Shown here: piece by piece, positions 1 to 10,291 of the stretch
Position numbering within the stretch: the stretch's first letter is position 1
Layout: each line of letters starts with the position of its first letter
Source of the DNA: a virus
Strand: one strand, 5' to 3'
Length of the DNA: 64,000 bases
Virus record (IMG/VR): IMGVR_UViG_3300028563_000016
Span: 1 to 64,000 of that record
Program-made: the position numbers and the translations under genes
The notes under the pieces: model-generated
Database searches by the model: none
What the model was told of the DNA's origin: nothing
Seen by the model: the letters and a program-made list of their open reading frames with translations, nothing else

Positions 1-115
1 TGGTGTTTTCAGTGGAAAGAAATCACGCCAATCAGGATGATTTTGCATTGTGAAAGATTATATACGGATTTTCACAAAATTACACTATGTATTTTGCATC
101 AAAGTATGATACAAT

Positions 116-538
116 GTGTTCATGAAGCTAATTTTTCTTGATATTGATGGTGTGTTAAATTCACATGGTAATCCAAAAATTGAACATGATAAAGTTTTAC
201 TCCTGAATGAAATTGTAAAAGAAACAGGAGCAAAAGTTGTCATAACATCAACGTGGCGAATTGGTCAATCAATTGATACGCTTCAAAAAACGTTGAATGA
301 TTTAGATTTTGTCGGAAACATAGTTGGCAAAACGGTAATGTTATGGTCTCGAGGTGAGGAGATTGACGATTACTTATACCAACAAAATTTAACTTCGCAA
401 GAAGACGTAAAGTACATCGTCATAGACGATCTATGGGTTTCTGGACATGAGTATAAGCAATTGAAAACAAAGACGAAGTATGGATTAACAAAGTGGCATG
501 TTGACTTGGCAATCATGATGCTGAACGTTGATGAGTGA
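116..538 (+). CDS. HAD-superfamily phosphatase (Swiss-Army-knife RNA-repair HAD-like)
   Basis: Motif I FLDIDGVLN, motif II ITSTWR, RGEEI, and motif IV YIVIDD. Confidence 0.85.
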   Translation: MFMKLIFLDIDGVLNSHGNPKIEHDKVLLLNEIVKETGAKVVITSTWRIGQSIDTLQKTLNDLDFVGNIVGKTVMLWSRGEEIDDYLYQQNLTSQEDVKYIVIDDLWVSGHEYKQLKTKTKYGLTKWHVDLAIMMLNVDE

Positions 539-550
539 TATTTATCATTC

Positions 551-1009
551 ATGAATATTCGACTTCTTCGTGAATGCATTCGTAAAATCATCAAAGAAGG
601 CACTTACGACAGTAAGTCATCTGAAGCAAAAAATGCAATCAATGCAATTCGTGACAAAGGTTATGATGAAATTGCTGACGTGATTGCACGTGCTTGGACA
701 CTACACGATCTATTAGGCGATCAAGCAAAAGACGTGGCTTCACATGCAAAAGGCGGTGATTCACGGTTCACCGTAGATGATATGTTTAAGTCAGCTGATC
801 AATTGATAAAATTATGTGATAGGACGTTGAAACCAAAACTTCAGCAAAAAGACTTATTGACTGACTACGTTGAAGAGGAAATTAGTTCCGCAAAGAGCGC
901 GTTAGACATTGCGGAGACACCAAAAGACATGTCATTGCTTGTACAACGTCCAATACACAACGCAATTGAGGGTGCGGTTGAAAAGATTTTAGACAAGTCT
1001 TTGAATTGA
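551..1009 (+). CDS. Hypothetical protein, probable head-internal/virion protein
   Basis: N-terminal LLRECIRKIIKE motif; ATATTTAT just upstream. Confidence 0.5.
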   Translation: MNIRLLRECIRKIIKEGTYDSKSSEAKNAINAIRDKGYDEIADVIARAWTLHDLLGDQAKDVASHAKGGDSRFTVDDMFKSADQLIKLCDRTLKPKLQQKDLLTDYVEEEISSAKSALDIAETPKDMSLLVQRPIHNAIEGAVEKILDKSLN

Positions 1010-2467
1010 TCAAAGAATTAATACTTTTGTACTAAAAACTCCATTCGCACCGTCAGTGCCCCCTTGAACGCCTCCCATGGTATCCACAATTGGCGTTGCA
1101 GTTACTTGACCACCCGCGCCACCATTGTTGACACGCGTCCCAAGTATTGCTTTATCTGCGCCCTCACCGCCTAATTTTAGGACAGCACTTTTTGCGGGTG
1201 TAAAAACTATCTCACCGCTAGTTTTTATCAAGACACTTGCACACTTGTCAGGATCAATTGGCGAATCTATAATTCTACCTTGTTCGTCTCGTTGATCATC
1301 ACCCGTAACAAGTATCACTAAGTCTTGGCGCGCTATAAACCTTATTTTGTCTGACCTCATCACGGCTGCGCCTTCGCCTTGTGAACCATCAGACACGTCG
1401 CCACCTGAATGTGCAGATATAGCTTTGTCTATCTGCAACTTCGTGTCAATTTTTGTGCGCTGCCAACCAGCAATGCGAGTGCGGTCGTTCTTGTAATCTG
1501 GATCACCCTCGCCGGGTGATAACTCGCTCTTGCTTTTGCCAAGTTCGTTGAAACCGAGAGAATTTTTGACGGGTGTACCACCGGTCGACGTAGTCTGACC
1601 GCGCCCGACGACTAAGTCAATTGCTCCAACATTTTCACCTGGTAAGTCAGTTTCAGGTAACTTTGGTACATTGCCAACGTCAGGATCAACGTTATATTGC
1701 GCCGAAATTGACGTTCTATCAGTGCCTAACACGATTAATGAATTATTCGAACCCTCAATGAACAGTTCACCAGGTCTACCTCTATAACGAGGGACAGGTT
1801 CTATCTGTAACAGCTTTGCTGCGTCTGCACCGGTGATCAAATTTTCATAAGACTTTTCGTCACCTGGTAACGTTGCAGTTTGTCCAATTACATAATGATT
1901 TCCATCACTATCAATTCCTACGGCACCGTTCGGAAAATCGTACGTGACTTTTGTGCCATTTGCGGTGTCAATTGTTCCGGGAACATATGACGGATCAAGC
2001 TGTCTGTTGCTGTGTGTATGATTTACGTCGTCAACAAAGTTAGGCTCTGCAATCTTACTTATCCAATATCCGAGTTCATTCACTTTTGCGTCTGGATTCT
2101 CAAAGAATGCCCAAACGTGTTCACCTGGCTTCACCGGTAACGACAAGTGTGTCATCATTGGATACATGACGAGAACTTGTTCGCTTGCAGCGGTCGAAAT
2201 ATTTAACATTCGGCGAGCAATGATTGAATTTCTCGGCGCGACAGCGGCATAACGTATGTTTGATACTTGTAACGTGTGTTCCCAATACGTCAGTTTTGTG
2301 TCGTCTATCATTTGTGGATCAGATATGACGTCAAGCACGACCATACGTAGAAATATTGGAAACCCACCCGTTTGCGCGTTATCAAAACGTTTTGCGTCAA
2401 GAATTTTCCCATAGTTTCCCTCCGCTATATTTTTTATACTTGCATTTTGATCGTAATTGGTTCTCAC
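1010..2467 (-). CDS. Putative baseplate hub/spike (gp5/VgrG-like N-terminal OB region)
   Basis: HLSLPVKPGEHVW..FF, GE..IEGSNNSLIVLG, IDLVVGRG and SDKIRFIAR motifs as in large-myophage hub proteins. Confidence 0.55.
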   Translation of the reverse strand: MRTNYDQNASIKNIAEGNYGKILDAKRFDNAQTGGFPIFLRMVVLDVISDPQMIDDTKLTYWEHTLQVSNIRYAAVAPRNSIIARRMLNISTAASEQVLVMYPMMTHLSLPVKPGEHVWAFFENPDAKVNELGYWISKIAEPNFVDDVNHTHSNRQLDPSYVPGTIDTANGTKVTYDFPNGAVGIDSDGNHYVIGQTATLPGDEKSYENLITGADAAKLLQIEPVPRYRGRPGELFIEGSNNSLIVLGTDRTSISAQYNVDPDVGNVPKLPETDLPGENVGAIDLVVGRGQTTSTGGTPVKNSLGFNELGKSKSELSPGEGDPDYKNDRTRIAGWQRTKIDTKLQIDKAISAHSGGDVSDGSQGEGAAVMRSDKIRFIARQDLVILVTGDDQRDEQGRIIDSPIDPDKCASVLIKTSGEIVFTPAKSAVLKLGGEGADKAILGTRVNNGGAGGQVTATPIVDTMGGVQGGTDGANGVFSTKVLIL

Positions 2468-2473
2468 GTATGT

Positions 2474-2836
2474 TTACTTTTTGTTGATTTGTGAAAAAAT
2501 CTCTTCAGGGCTGCTACCACTATCTTCTTCTTCTCGAAGTTGATTAATGTGTTCAGCAAGTTTGCCAAGCTGTTCATTCGCTTTTTGCATGACGGTTATT
2601 GCATTATGAATTGTGCGCCCATGGACTGCCCATTCAGAACCGCTATTCCCAACAATTTCAACGAGAATTTGTAATGTACAATGAGCATTTGCTCGATCGC
2701 ACACGCAATTGTTATAAATTTCTGTTAAAAGTGATTTTCGTTTATCTGATAAATTTTCAATGTCACCGAGCAACGCTTTAAATTCTTCAGTCTTCTTTTC
2801 AAAATCAATTTCTGTTGGTGGGATAAAATTCGCCAT
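2474..2836 (-). CDS. Hypothetical helical protein
   Basis: 120-aa ORF in the same run as the sigma factor and hub genes. Confidence 0.6.
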   Translation of the reverse strand: MANFIPPTEIDFEKKTEEFKALLGDIENLSDKRKSLLTEIYNNCVCDRANAHCTLQILVEIVGNSGSEWAVHGRTIHNAITVMQKANEQLGKLAEHINQLREEEDSGSSPEEIFSQINKK

Positions 2837-2851
2837 GTTTATAACTATTTC

Positions 2852-3598
2852 TCAATAATCGTTTTCATCCTCTTCCTTTTGTTCCATATATAATCGCTTT
2901 ATTACGGCAATCGCAGTGATGAGCTGCTTGTGTGACAAATTCGTCAAGTCTTTCATGTAAAGACTCATTGCCGCTTTGCTCACAATGTCTATTTCGTTCT
3001 TGTTTTGAAACAACGTTATGATGCCATTCAACGTTGAAAGTTCATTTTCGGTGCTCACATTTTCACGTATTACATGTAATCTATCTAAAATTTCCTGCGA
3101 AGCAAACTGATCTTCAAGTTGCTCGTCCTGAGCCTGTACTGAACACTTTTCTTCAAGAATGTGATAGTCTGAAAGAGTTAATGATTCAGGATCGTCTATT
3201 GACAAAAACTTCTTTGTTGACTGCGACTTTTGCTTCGTGCGAATTATCAACCAATTTTTTGCGCACACGTTGAAGTACGAAAATGCTGCACATCCTCGAG
3301 TGGGATCAAACTTATTCAAAGTTTCAAACAGAAAGCACACGCAGTCATTTTTCAATGTCTCATACGTGTCATGAGCCGACGTGAACTTGTGTATATTTAT
3401 CAAATTTTCGACAAGCTTCTCAAAAGCAGGAGCAATCTTTGTGACGTACGTCTTATTTCGCACGTTGAAGTCGTCTTCAGTCTGATACTCGACGACCGCA
3501 GCTTGCGTGTCTGCGTTGAAGTACATTCGAGACTGACGTGCCTTTTCACGCTCTTCAGGAGTTCCAGTTGTTGGCTTGCGTCTTCGTCGTTGTACCAT
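2852..3598 (-). CDS. Phage RNA polymerase sigma factor (gp55-like late sigma)
   Basis: Region-2-like LNKFDPTRG..AFSYFN..AKNWLI; MYFN..TQ.AVVEY. Confidence 0.7.
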   Translation of the reverse strand: MVQRRRRKPTTGTPEEREKARQSRMYFNADTQAAVVEYQTEDDFNVRNKTYVTKIAPAFEKLVENLINIHKFTSAHDTYETLKNDCVCFLFETLNKFDPTRGCAAFSYFNVCAKNWLIIRTKQKSQSTKKFLSIDDPESLTLSDYHILEEKCSVQAQDEQLEDQFASQEILDRLHVIRENVSTENELSTLNGIITLFQNKNEIDIVSKAAMSLYMKDLTNLSHKQLITAIAVIKRLYMEQKEEDENDY

Positions 3599-3664
3599 GA
3601 TATTTTTAATTTATAGCATTATGAAGAAGTTGAAATGTTTACAGATAATTATGTTTGAGGTTTT

Positions 3665-4417
3665 ATGAAAACGATCAAAGAAGCGCTAGAAGATTTTGAT
3701 GAAGAATTTCGTACTAATCCAATGTCTGCTGATAATCCGGATCATTGGGCATATTCTGGATCAAATCAACGTTTGCGACCAAGTGGTATGGGCGCTCAAG
3801 AAATTGATGATGACGAAGACAACGAATTTGATCTTAGTGAACCCGACGAAGAAGAAGATGGGTATCCCAATGAAATTCCTGTTGATGACGACAACATTTG
3901 CACGCATTGTGGATGTTCAAACGATGATCATGCTGTAGATTGTCGATATAACAGAGAGCTTGACGATGACATGTCACCTGACGCTTGTGAAGAGTGTGGT
4001 GGAAACATTGTTGGTGGCGAATGCACGAGTTGTGGCAAAGCAACAAGTAAATATGACATCAACGAAGACGGACCCGTTGGTTATGAAGGACACGAAGTCG
4101 AAAAAGAAGTAATTGAAGAAGCAGACGATTTTGGAACAACCGCCAATCGAACTGAAACAGAGCTTCCCGCTGACTATGAAACGTGCGGTGATTGTGGATT
4201 TGATCACGACTATGAGTACGAAGAAGCAGCAAAGTGGCACACTGAAAATCCAGGAAGCTACGATGGGTTGCAGGAAACTTTCTCGTTCGATCGCTTCATG
4301 GACAACATTTTACTTACTGAAACACGCACCATTCAATGTCAACCCGACAGTCCACAACGTATACGACAGGCACGTCGACAAGAACGACCTCTTGGAAGAA
4401 CTCGATACGCGAGGTGA
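3665..4417 (+). CDS. Acidic protein with three CxxC Zn-ribbon units
   Basis: CTHCGC, CEECGG..CTSCG, CGDCG; very D/E-rich; GAGG RBS. Confidence 0.55.
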   Translation: MKTIKEALEDFDEEFRTNPMSADNPDHWAYSGSNQRLRPSGMGAQEIDDDEDNEFDLSEPDEEEDGYPNEIPVDDDNICTHCGCSNDDHAVDCRYNRELDDDMSPDACEECGGNIVGGECTSCGKATSKYDINEDGPVGYEGHEVEKEVIEEADDFGTTANRTETELPADYETCGDCGFDHDYEYEEAAKWHTENPGSYDGLQETFSFDRFMDNILLTETRTIQCQPDSPQRIRQARRQERPLGRTRYAR

Positions 4418-4420
4418 TTC

Positions 4421-4990
4421 GTGGCATATCACATTTCAAGATTTGACGACATAAAAAATATGCTTCGACCGGGTGACGTTGTCGCCTTTGGCGGAAATGG
4501 CATTGTGTCAGACGTTGTCAAGTTGGCGTGTCATTCACACGTCTCACATGTCGGTTGCGCGCTCTCACTTGATCCAGTAAAAATCATTGAGAGCACGTCG
4601 TTGAATGGACTCGTTGGAGTGACAATAAACTTGCTTGAACAACGTTTGAATTACGACGGTGAAGTGTGGTTATTACCTTTGTCAGACGACATACATCGAG
4701 CACTCAATAAAACGTCGTTCTTCAACTTCATGTTTGATCAAAACAAGAAGCCATATGACTTCTACGGTGCTGCGGCGAGTGCTTTGCACATTGAACGTGA
4801 TAAATTAGACATGTCAAAGTTCTTCTGTAGCGAACTCGTCGTTGCAGGACTTGAAGCGGGTGGGTTGAACATAACGAACAGACCTGACTTTGTGCGACCA
4901 TGTGACCTGTGTGCGATGCACATATTTTCAGGTGAGTATTATCAGCTTATGGGTGAGCCACAAATCATTGATGAATACATAATTTGTTAA
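4421..4990 (+). CDS. Permuted papain-like amidase (YaeF/YiiX, NlpC/P60)
   Basis: PGDVV, SHVG, PYDF and FFCSELV (His before Cys, the permuted order). Confidence 0.85.
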   Translation: MAYHISRFDDIKNMLRPGDVVAFGGNGIVSDVVKLACHSHVSHVGCALSLDPVKIIESTSLNGLVGVTINLLEQRLNYDGEVWLLPLSDDIHRALNKTSFFNFMFDQNKKPYDFYGAAASALHIERDKLDMSKFFCSELVVAGLEAGGLNITNRPDFVRPCDLCAMHIFSGEYYQLMGEPQIIDEYIIC

Positions 4991-5262
4991 ATCAATGGTT
5001 CAATGTCCAAATCGTCGTTTTCTTCAACAAACATTGGTGCTGCAAGAAAGTGTTTTTGTAAGCATTCCCAATGTTTTTCTGGAACAACATCAGCAATAAC
5101 TCTATATCCTTTTGGCCGCATCCGTTCTTTGATGCGTTCACGACACTTTTCAACGCGTTCTTTTTGTTCTTCTTTTGTAAGATGAACTTTCGAAAGCTCG
5201 TTCAACAAAAATTCAGCGTCTTCACCTTCGAATACAGGCGTTGCTTCAATTGGTGTTGCCAT
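4987..5262 (-). CDS. Hypothetical protein (probable start MATPIEATP)
   Basis: GGAGA RBS before the internal ATG of the 4987..5352 ORF. Confidence 0.5.
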   Translation of the reverse strand: MATPIEATPVFEGEDAEFLLNELSKVHLTKEEQKERVEKCRERIKERMRPKGYRVIADVVPEKHWECLQKHFLAAPMFVEENDDLDIEPLI

Positions 5263-5332
5263 TACGAAATAAATTCTCCAATCACCCACATTAGAAAAAT
5301 TACACCAAACACAACACATAATGTTATGTACA

Positions 5333-5638
5333 TCATTGTGACACATCCTCAACTACATTTGTGATGTTTTTTGCAACGATTGCGACTGCGTCCCGTGATC
5401 TGATTAGTTCAGCGCAAAGAGAACGTATTTCAGGAGAATCATATAAGATTGGAGTGCTTGACACGTTTACGAGATTTTTGTAACAACTGTCAAGTTCATC
5501 TAACGCGTTTTCAATTGTTTCAAGCGTAGTTGATAACCTGTCTTGTTGTTCTGCACATTTTAGAAAAAGTTTTCGCGTAAGGAACGTTAATGACGTTGAA
5601 TACAAAATCAACAATATTATTGATAAAACAGTTAACAC
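5333..5638 (-). CDS. Membrane-anchored coiled-coil protein
   Basis: N-terminal hydrophobic helix followed by a heptad region. Confidence 0.55.
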   Translation of the reverse strand: MLTVLSIILLILYSTSLTFLTRKLFLKCAEQQDRLSTTLETIENALDELDSCYKNLVNVSSTPILYDSPEIRSLCAELIRSRDAVAIVAKNITNVVEDVSQ

Positions 5639-6804
5639 AATAAATCTCCAATCGCTGCATCGTATGATTTAAAAATTTCACTAAGCGCTAGTTTCTCAAC
5701 AATCTTTGGTTGAAGCTCGCGAGCCCATTGCGTTGGGATCTCTGAGCGCTCACGAAATTTTATCAATTTACTTTTGAAATCATGTTCAGATGCTTCTGCC
5801 CATCTCGCATTTTGCATAAAAATATTTGTATCAACACGTTGTGGTGGAATTTGTTGTAATGTATAATCAACCTTTACAAACTTTCCCAAGTTCAAAAACT
5901 CAGTGTGTGCGCTCCAATTCGTTGCAATGATTGGCAATCCTGACGCGGCAGCTTCACATGCGGGCAGGTTCCAACCTTCGCCTCGAGACAACGTCACCAT
6001 TGCTTTTATCTGCGGGTGTCTGTACAATGCTGCAACTTCGTCGTCGCTCATGTCGCCGTGAAGCAGTGTAACTTTAGGTTTTCCAGACCTGCGAACTTGT
6101 TTCAACAAGTCTTGTAACAGCTTCTTCGTGTTTGCTCGATCAATCTTGGTGTTCTTTCCAAGATTTGTCTTGATAACCAACCCTACATCGTCGTTACCCT
6201 TGAACGCCTCACAGAACCACTTGATCGTGTTGAAGATGTTCTTACGATCAGTACGTGCGTCTGCCGCTGTGAGTTGTCCGAACAATAAAAAGTTGAAAGG
6301 CGTCTCAAAGTCAGGCAACGTCAGGAGATCATTTTTTACGCACGCATCATTGTATGCTTCATTGACGACGTGTAGTGGTACGTTGACTGTGCCTGAATTT
6401 GTCAATGATGCTGCGGCATGCAAAGACGGCACGACGATTGCGTTCATCTTGTTACAAGCTTCAACCCACGTAGGATTACACCTATCGCACTCGACCATTG
6501 CCGACACGCCAATATTCACGTTACCAATGTCTGTCGTGAACTCGTTGGGCAACTTCACGTGAATTGCAACGTCAGCCTTTGTGGGAGGATTGCTGCGATG
6601 CATAATTTCACCGATGAGACCATCACAGGCGTTTTCATCTAAAATCCACGGGCATTGCCCCCACGGTGTGAGGTGGAATTTTACGTCAAGATTTGGTTTA
6701 GAAAGTAAAAATTTTGCAATCTGACGTCCATGCACAGAATATCCGGATTGTACACAAAGTGGACCAGAAAGAATTACGGTTTTCATAGTGTTATTGCCTC
6801 CCAA
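5632..6804 (-). CDS. Glycosyltransferase, GT-B/GT4-like
   Basis: SGYSVHGR, RKNI and SRGEGWNLPACEAAASGLPII (Ex7E); likely start at MKTVIL (6786). Confidence 0.9.
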   Translation of the reverse strand: MGGNNTMKTVILSGPLCVQSGYSVHGRQIAKFLLSKPNLDVKFHLTPWGQCPWILDENACDGLIGEIMHRSNPPTKADVAIHVKLPNEFTTDIGNVNIGVSAMVECDRCNPTWVEACNKMNAIVVPSLHAAASLTNSGTVNVPLHVVNEAYNDACVKNDLLTLPDFETPFNFLLFGQLTAADARTDRKNIFNTIKWFCEAFKGNDDVGLVIKTNLGKNTKIDRANTKKLLQDLLKQVRRSGKPKVTLLHGDMSDDEVAALYRHPQIKAMVTLSRGEGWNLPACEAAASGLPIIATNWSAHTEFLNLGKFVKVDYTLQQIPPQRVDTNIFMQNARWAEASEHDFKSKLIKFRERSEIPTQWARELQPKIVEKLALSEIFKSYDAAIGDLLC

Positions 6805-8042
6805 CGAGTATTATTTGGAAGCCGTTTATTTTTCCAATCATCAACAAGTTTTGTCAAAGTTTCATCCCACGTTGTTATAAGATTGTTCACGCTATACTCT
6901 TTACGAGTGTATTCCATTCCACGTAACCCAAGTTCTTTTCGTTTTTCTTCACCCATTTCATAAACTGTCATAAAAGCGTTTGCGAACGTTTTGTTTGAAC
7001 ACCAATCTTCATTTATCCAAGGAACAACTTGTGTTCCCCTGAGCGAGACTACTTCGGGTGTTATTGCGACGCCGTATTGTTCACCTGTTTCAACGTCTTC
7101 TATTTGGCGCGTGATGCCGCCGGTTTTAAGAGCTATATTTAAACGCCCGGTCATCCGAGATTCTAATAACGGCAAGCCAAATCCTTCTGCATTTGATCTA
7201 TTTACGACAACATCACACGCATTGTACAATGCGTTCATTTGTTCAAACCCAACACGATCGTTTGAGAATATAACATTGTCTTTCACATCAAACAACTCAA
7301 CGAGTGATTGTAAGTTTGGTCCCTCTTGATCAAAAGGATCAGTGTGCATCACCAACGTTGATTTTCTATGTCCGTATTTTTTTTCAAGTTCATCAAGAAA
7401 CATTTTGAACGAACACACTATGTCAGATGGATTTTTTCGATGCGCGTTGCGACTAACAAACAGTGGCATGAAGTGATCAACTCGTCCAGTACCAAAAAAC
7501 GCAAGCTTTGCATTTCGTGCATCTGCATCACTCATTGGAAAATACGTTTCTTTTGGAACAGCATGAGGCACGTATGAAGTTCTATCAGGAAACCATTCTT
7601 TCAAAAAAGAATACGCAACCCAATTGATACAATTCAATAAATCACAACTTTCATATAATGGTTTGTTGAACGTCGGTGCAGGATAGTTGTCCCACAACGT
7701 GTTGTATGCTATTGGACAAATTTGATGCACTTCGTCTTCATGAGCAAAGATGTGCATAAAAAAACGAGGATCAGTGAACAAAAGCATTACATCGGGTTTT
7801 TCAGATACCAATACTTGACGAATTAAATTTGGATCTCCAAACCCATTGATTGGCTTTATGATAAAGTCATCATTGACTACAATGGTGCGCATGTCTTCTT
7901 GTCTAAGGGCGGCTCCCAAACAACGAAACGTGAAACGTCCTGTCGATACTAATCCATTTATTAAAACACGACTTTGTGTCGCGACGCCCGACGTCGAAAG
8001 TTGCATGTCACTTATCATTAAAACTTTTATCTTTTGTGCCAT
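6783..8042 (-). CDS. Glycosyltransferase, GT-B/GT4-like
   Basis: SRNAHRKN; LYNACD..SNAEGFGLPLLE. Confidence 0.9.
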   Translation of the reverse strand: MAQKIKVLMISDMQLSTSGVATQSRVLINGLVSTGRFTFRCLGAALRQEDMRTIVVNDDFIIKPINGFGDPNLIRQVLVSEKPDVMLLFTDPRFFMHIFAHEDEVHQICPIAYNTLWDNYPAPTFNKPLYESCDLLNCINWVAYSFLKEWFPDRTSYVPHAVPKETYFPMSDADARNAKLAFFGTGRVDHFMPLFVSRNAHRKNPSDIVCSFKMFLDELEKKYGHRKSTLVMHTDPFDQEGPNLQSLVELFDVKDNVIFSNDRVGFEQMNALYNACDVVVNRSNAEGFGLPLLESRMTGRLNIALKTGGITRQIEDVETGEQYGVAITPEVVSLRGTQVVPWINEDWCSNKTFANAFMTVYEMGEEKRKELGLRGMEYTRKEYSVNNLITTWDETLTKLVDDWKNKRLPNNTRWEAITL

Positions 8043-8086
8043 ACGTAGATGTTAAGAAAATAACTCACCTCATATCTATTGTTTAG

Positions 8087-8275
8087 ATGAAACTGACAAT
8101 TAGACAACTTCGTCAAACAATTCGTGAAGGACTTGCTGGTTCACAGCCCGAAGAAGACTATTCTAACGAGATTGTTGATGACAAATCTCTTGACGGTGAG
8201 AGCTTGCTTGTAAATGACGAAACAAAGAAAAGAATGCGAAAATATTTCAAAGCAATGGGACTTGCAACGCATTGA
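8087..8275 (+). CDS. Small probable virion protein
   Basis: N-terminal MKLTIRQLRQTIRE motif; ATATCTAT upstream. Confidence 0.5.
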   Translation: MKLTIRQLRQTIREGLAGSQPEEDYSNEIVDDKSLDGESLLVNDETKKRMRKYFKAMGLATH

Positions 8276-8283
8276 GGTGTATC

Positions 8284-8538
8284 ATGAAACGTTTTTTGTT
8301 TGTGTTCATGTTTTTACTTTCATCATGCTCACCAATGATATCTTGGCATGATAAGCAAATGGTAGCCACAATGCAGGTTGCTGGTAAATCATTAAGTTGT
8401 TTTAATTCACAATGTTGCTTTCCATACAAACACCACAAGGACGTGAAAAATGTACACGTCATGGTGTGTTCAGAACAACAACTTGACAAAGATGGTTTTC
8501 ACCAACTGAACGTTTCAACAAAAATATACTTTCGTTAG
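8284..8538 (+). CDS. Putative lipoprotein
   Basis: MKRFLFVFMFLLSSC lipobox-like signal. Confidence 0.5.
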   Translation: MKRFLFVFMFLLSSCSPMISWHDKQMVATMQVAGKSLSCFNSQCCFPYKHHKDVKNVHVMVCSEQQLDKDGFHQLNVSTKIYFR

Positions 8539-9107
8539 TTCACGAACGACTTGTCAACGTTCACCGTCAAGTGAAACGAGATTTCAATGTCATAACTCGT
8601 TGAAATAGTCAAATCTTTTGTTAGAGTTGCATCCAATACGACATTCAACGTCGTTTTACCGCTCTCAAGCAACTTTTTTACATCATCAAATTTTGCAGTC
8701 ACAGGAATAGAAATATAACTTGATGTTACTTCAACGTTTGTTAACGTATGTTTTACAAGTGCAATATTTGCTAAACTCGCTGAAAAATCGTTAATATTTT
8801 TCCAGCATCCAGGTGTTCCGCAATCGAGTTTCACTACGATGTCTGACAATGAATAACTTGCACCGTATTTAGCGCTGTCAAAATTCTTCAATTCATTGCT
8901 TACGTCAACGTCTGTTGACGCAGGTAAAGACACTTTTTCACTAAAATTCGCGGGTAAATAATTTTGGTATGACAGCTTTATTGGCATAATAAATGATTGC
9001 AAGCTTGCGGCGACATCAATGTGCTTTTTGACGATTATATCATCATCAAGAGACGCCGAAATACAACCAGTCGTAATTAGCGCAAGAATAACGAATATAT
9101 TTTTCAT
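8535..9107 (-). CDS. Putative lipoprotein
   Basis: MKNIFVILALITTGC lipobox; beta-rich body. Confidence 0.65.
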   Translation of the reverse strand: MKNIFVILALITTGCISASLDDDIIVKKHIDVAASLQSFIMPIKLSYQNYLPANFSEKVSLPASTDVDVSNELKNFDSAKYGASYSLSDIVVKLDCGTPGCWKNINDFSASLANIALVKHTLTNVEVTSSYISIPVTAKFDDVKKLLESGKTTLNVVLDATLTKDLTISTSYDIEISFHLTVNVDKSFVN

Positions 9108-9146
9108 TTTTGTTCCTTTACACGATTTTATATCACTATGATCAAA

Positions 9147-9401
9147 TTATAAGAATATCACCAATCCAAGTATATCGATTAATCCTGCAACGGGCATCAG
9201 CAAATATGCTATTATTGGATGAAAACACCAAAATAACGTCAACACTCCAAATACAACACCATGTATCATGAATTGTCGACCCACGCTTCTCCCAAAGTCT
9301 GACATCATCTCTTTTGCGAAAACATTATAACCACATATCCACATCACGATTGCGATACCAGAGACAAGAAAAAACACTTTTCCAAAAATTGACAACTTCA
9401 T
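9147..9401 (-). CDS. Small multi-pass membrane protein
   Basis: Three hydrophobic segments. Confidence 0.55.
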   Translation of the reverse strand: MKLSIFGKVFFLVSGIAIVMWICGYNVFAKEMMSDFGRSVGRQFMIHGVVFGVLTLFWCFHPIIAYLLMPVAGLIDILGLVIFL

Positions 9402-9443
9402 GATAGAATCAATCTATCATAAAATGCAACTTTTTACACTTTC

Positions 9444-10190
9444 TCAAAAGAATGAATTAAACCCAATCTTGAATGCGCCGCCAACGCGAGCGTGTAAGGA
9501 CGGATCGCCAACGACAATGTCGTCGTTATTCACCAGGTTGTTTATGTTGTGAGTCTTCACGTCAATCCAACTCACACCTGCGCGTAAAAAGAACCGAAAG
9601 CTCCTGCGATTTCCAAATTCCAACCCACAAAGGATTTGCTTGTAATCCCACCCAACAGAAGCGCCTTTGCTTGAAGGCATACTTCCTTGTGCAATGTGTC
9701 CAAATTCTGCTGTCAAGGTGGGTGCAATTGGAAAATTTATTGGATCGAACGTAAGCGACGCCGCGTATCCCAATTTTAGAACATAATTCGCCATTACATC
9801 AATGTGAACGAATTGAAATCCTGGGTGAATTGAAATTCCAACTTGGGGTCCTGACGGGACTCCAACACCCGACGTCAAGCCAACCCACTTGTTACGTTCT
9901 TTGGGAGGTAAAGTGATTGAACCACCGAACAATGTAACCCTTGAGGGTTGTTGCAAAACAGGTTGTACAATAATAGGTGGTGGCACAACTACGGGCGCTT
10001 GTTCGCGTTCGATAATGTTAAAAGCAAAATCTTCTTGCCCATCATCTTGTGTTGTCTCGTCGTCAGGTTGTTCAGTATCAAGTTGAATTCCGGAATTTTC
10101 TTCAATATTTGCATCAACAAGTTTTTGATCTTGCGCGTATGAAACACTTGAAATAAATAATAACGGCAAAAAAATAGTGATAAATTTCAT
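9444..10190 (-). CDS. Putative outer-membrane beta-barrel protein
   Basis: Sec signal ending SYA|Q, acidic/Pro linker, Gly/aromatic amphipathic strands, C-terminal Phe. Confidence 0.55.
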   Translation of the reverse strand: MKFITIFLPLLFISSVSYAQDQKLVDANIEENSGIQLDTEQPDDETTQDDGQEDFAFNIIEREQAPVVVPPPIIVQPVLQQPSRVTLFGGSITLPPKERNKWVGLTSGVGVPSGPQVGISIHPGFQFVHIDVMANYVLKLGYAASLTFDPINFPIAPTLTAEFGHIAQGSMPSSKGASVGWDYKQILCGLEFGNRRSFRFFLRAGVSWIDVKTHNINNLVNNDDIVVGDPSLHARVGGAFKIGFNSFF

Positions 10191-10291
10191 TATTGACTCC
10201 TGTTTTAGAATATCACAATTATGAAAATATTACACTTTTATTATCACAACTTTGCAATGATATCACCGTAATAATCAACACATCAATATTT

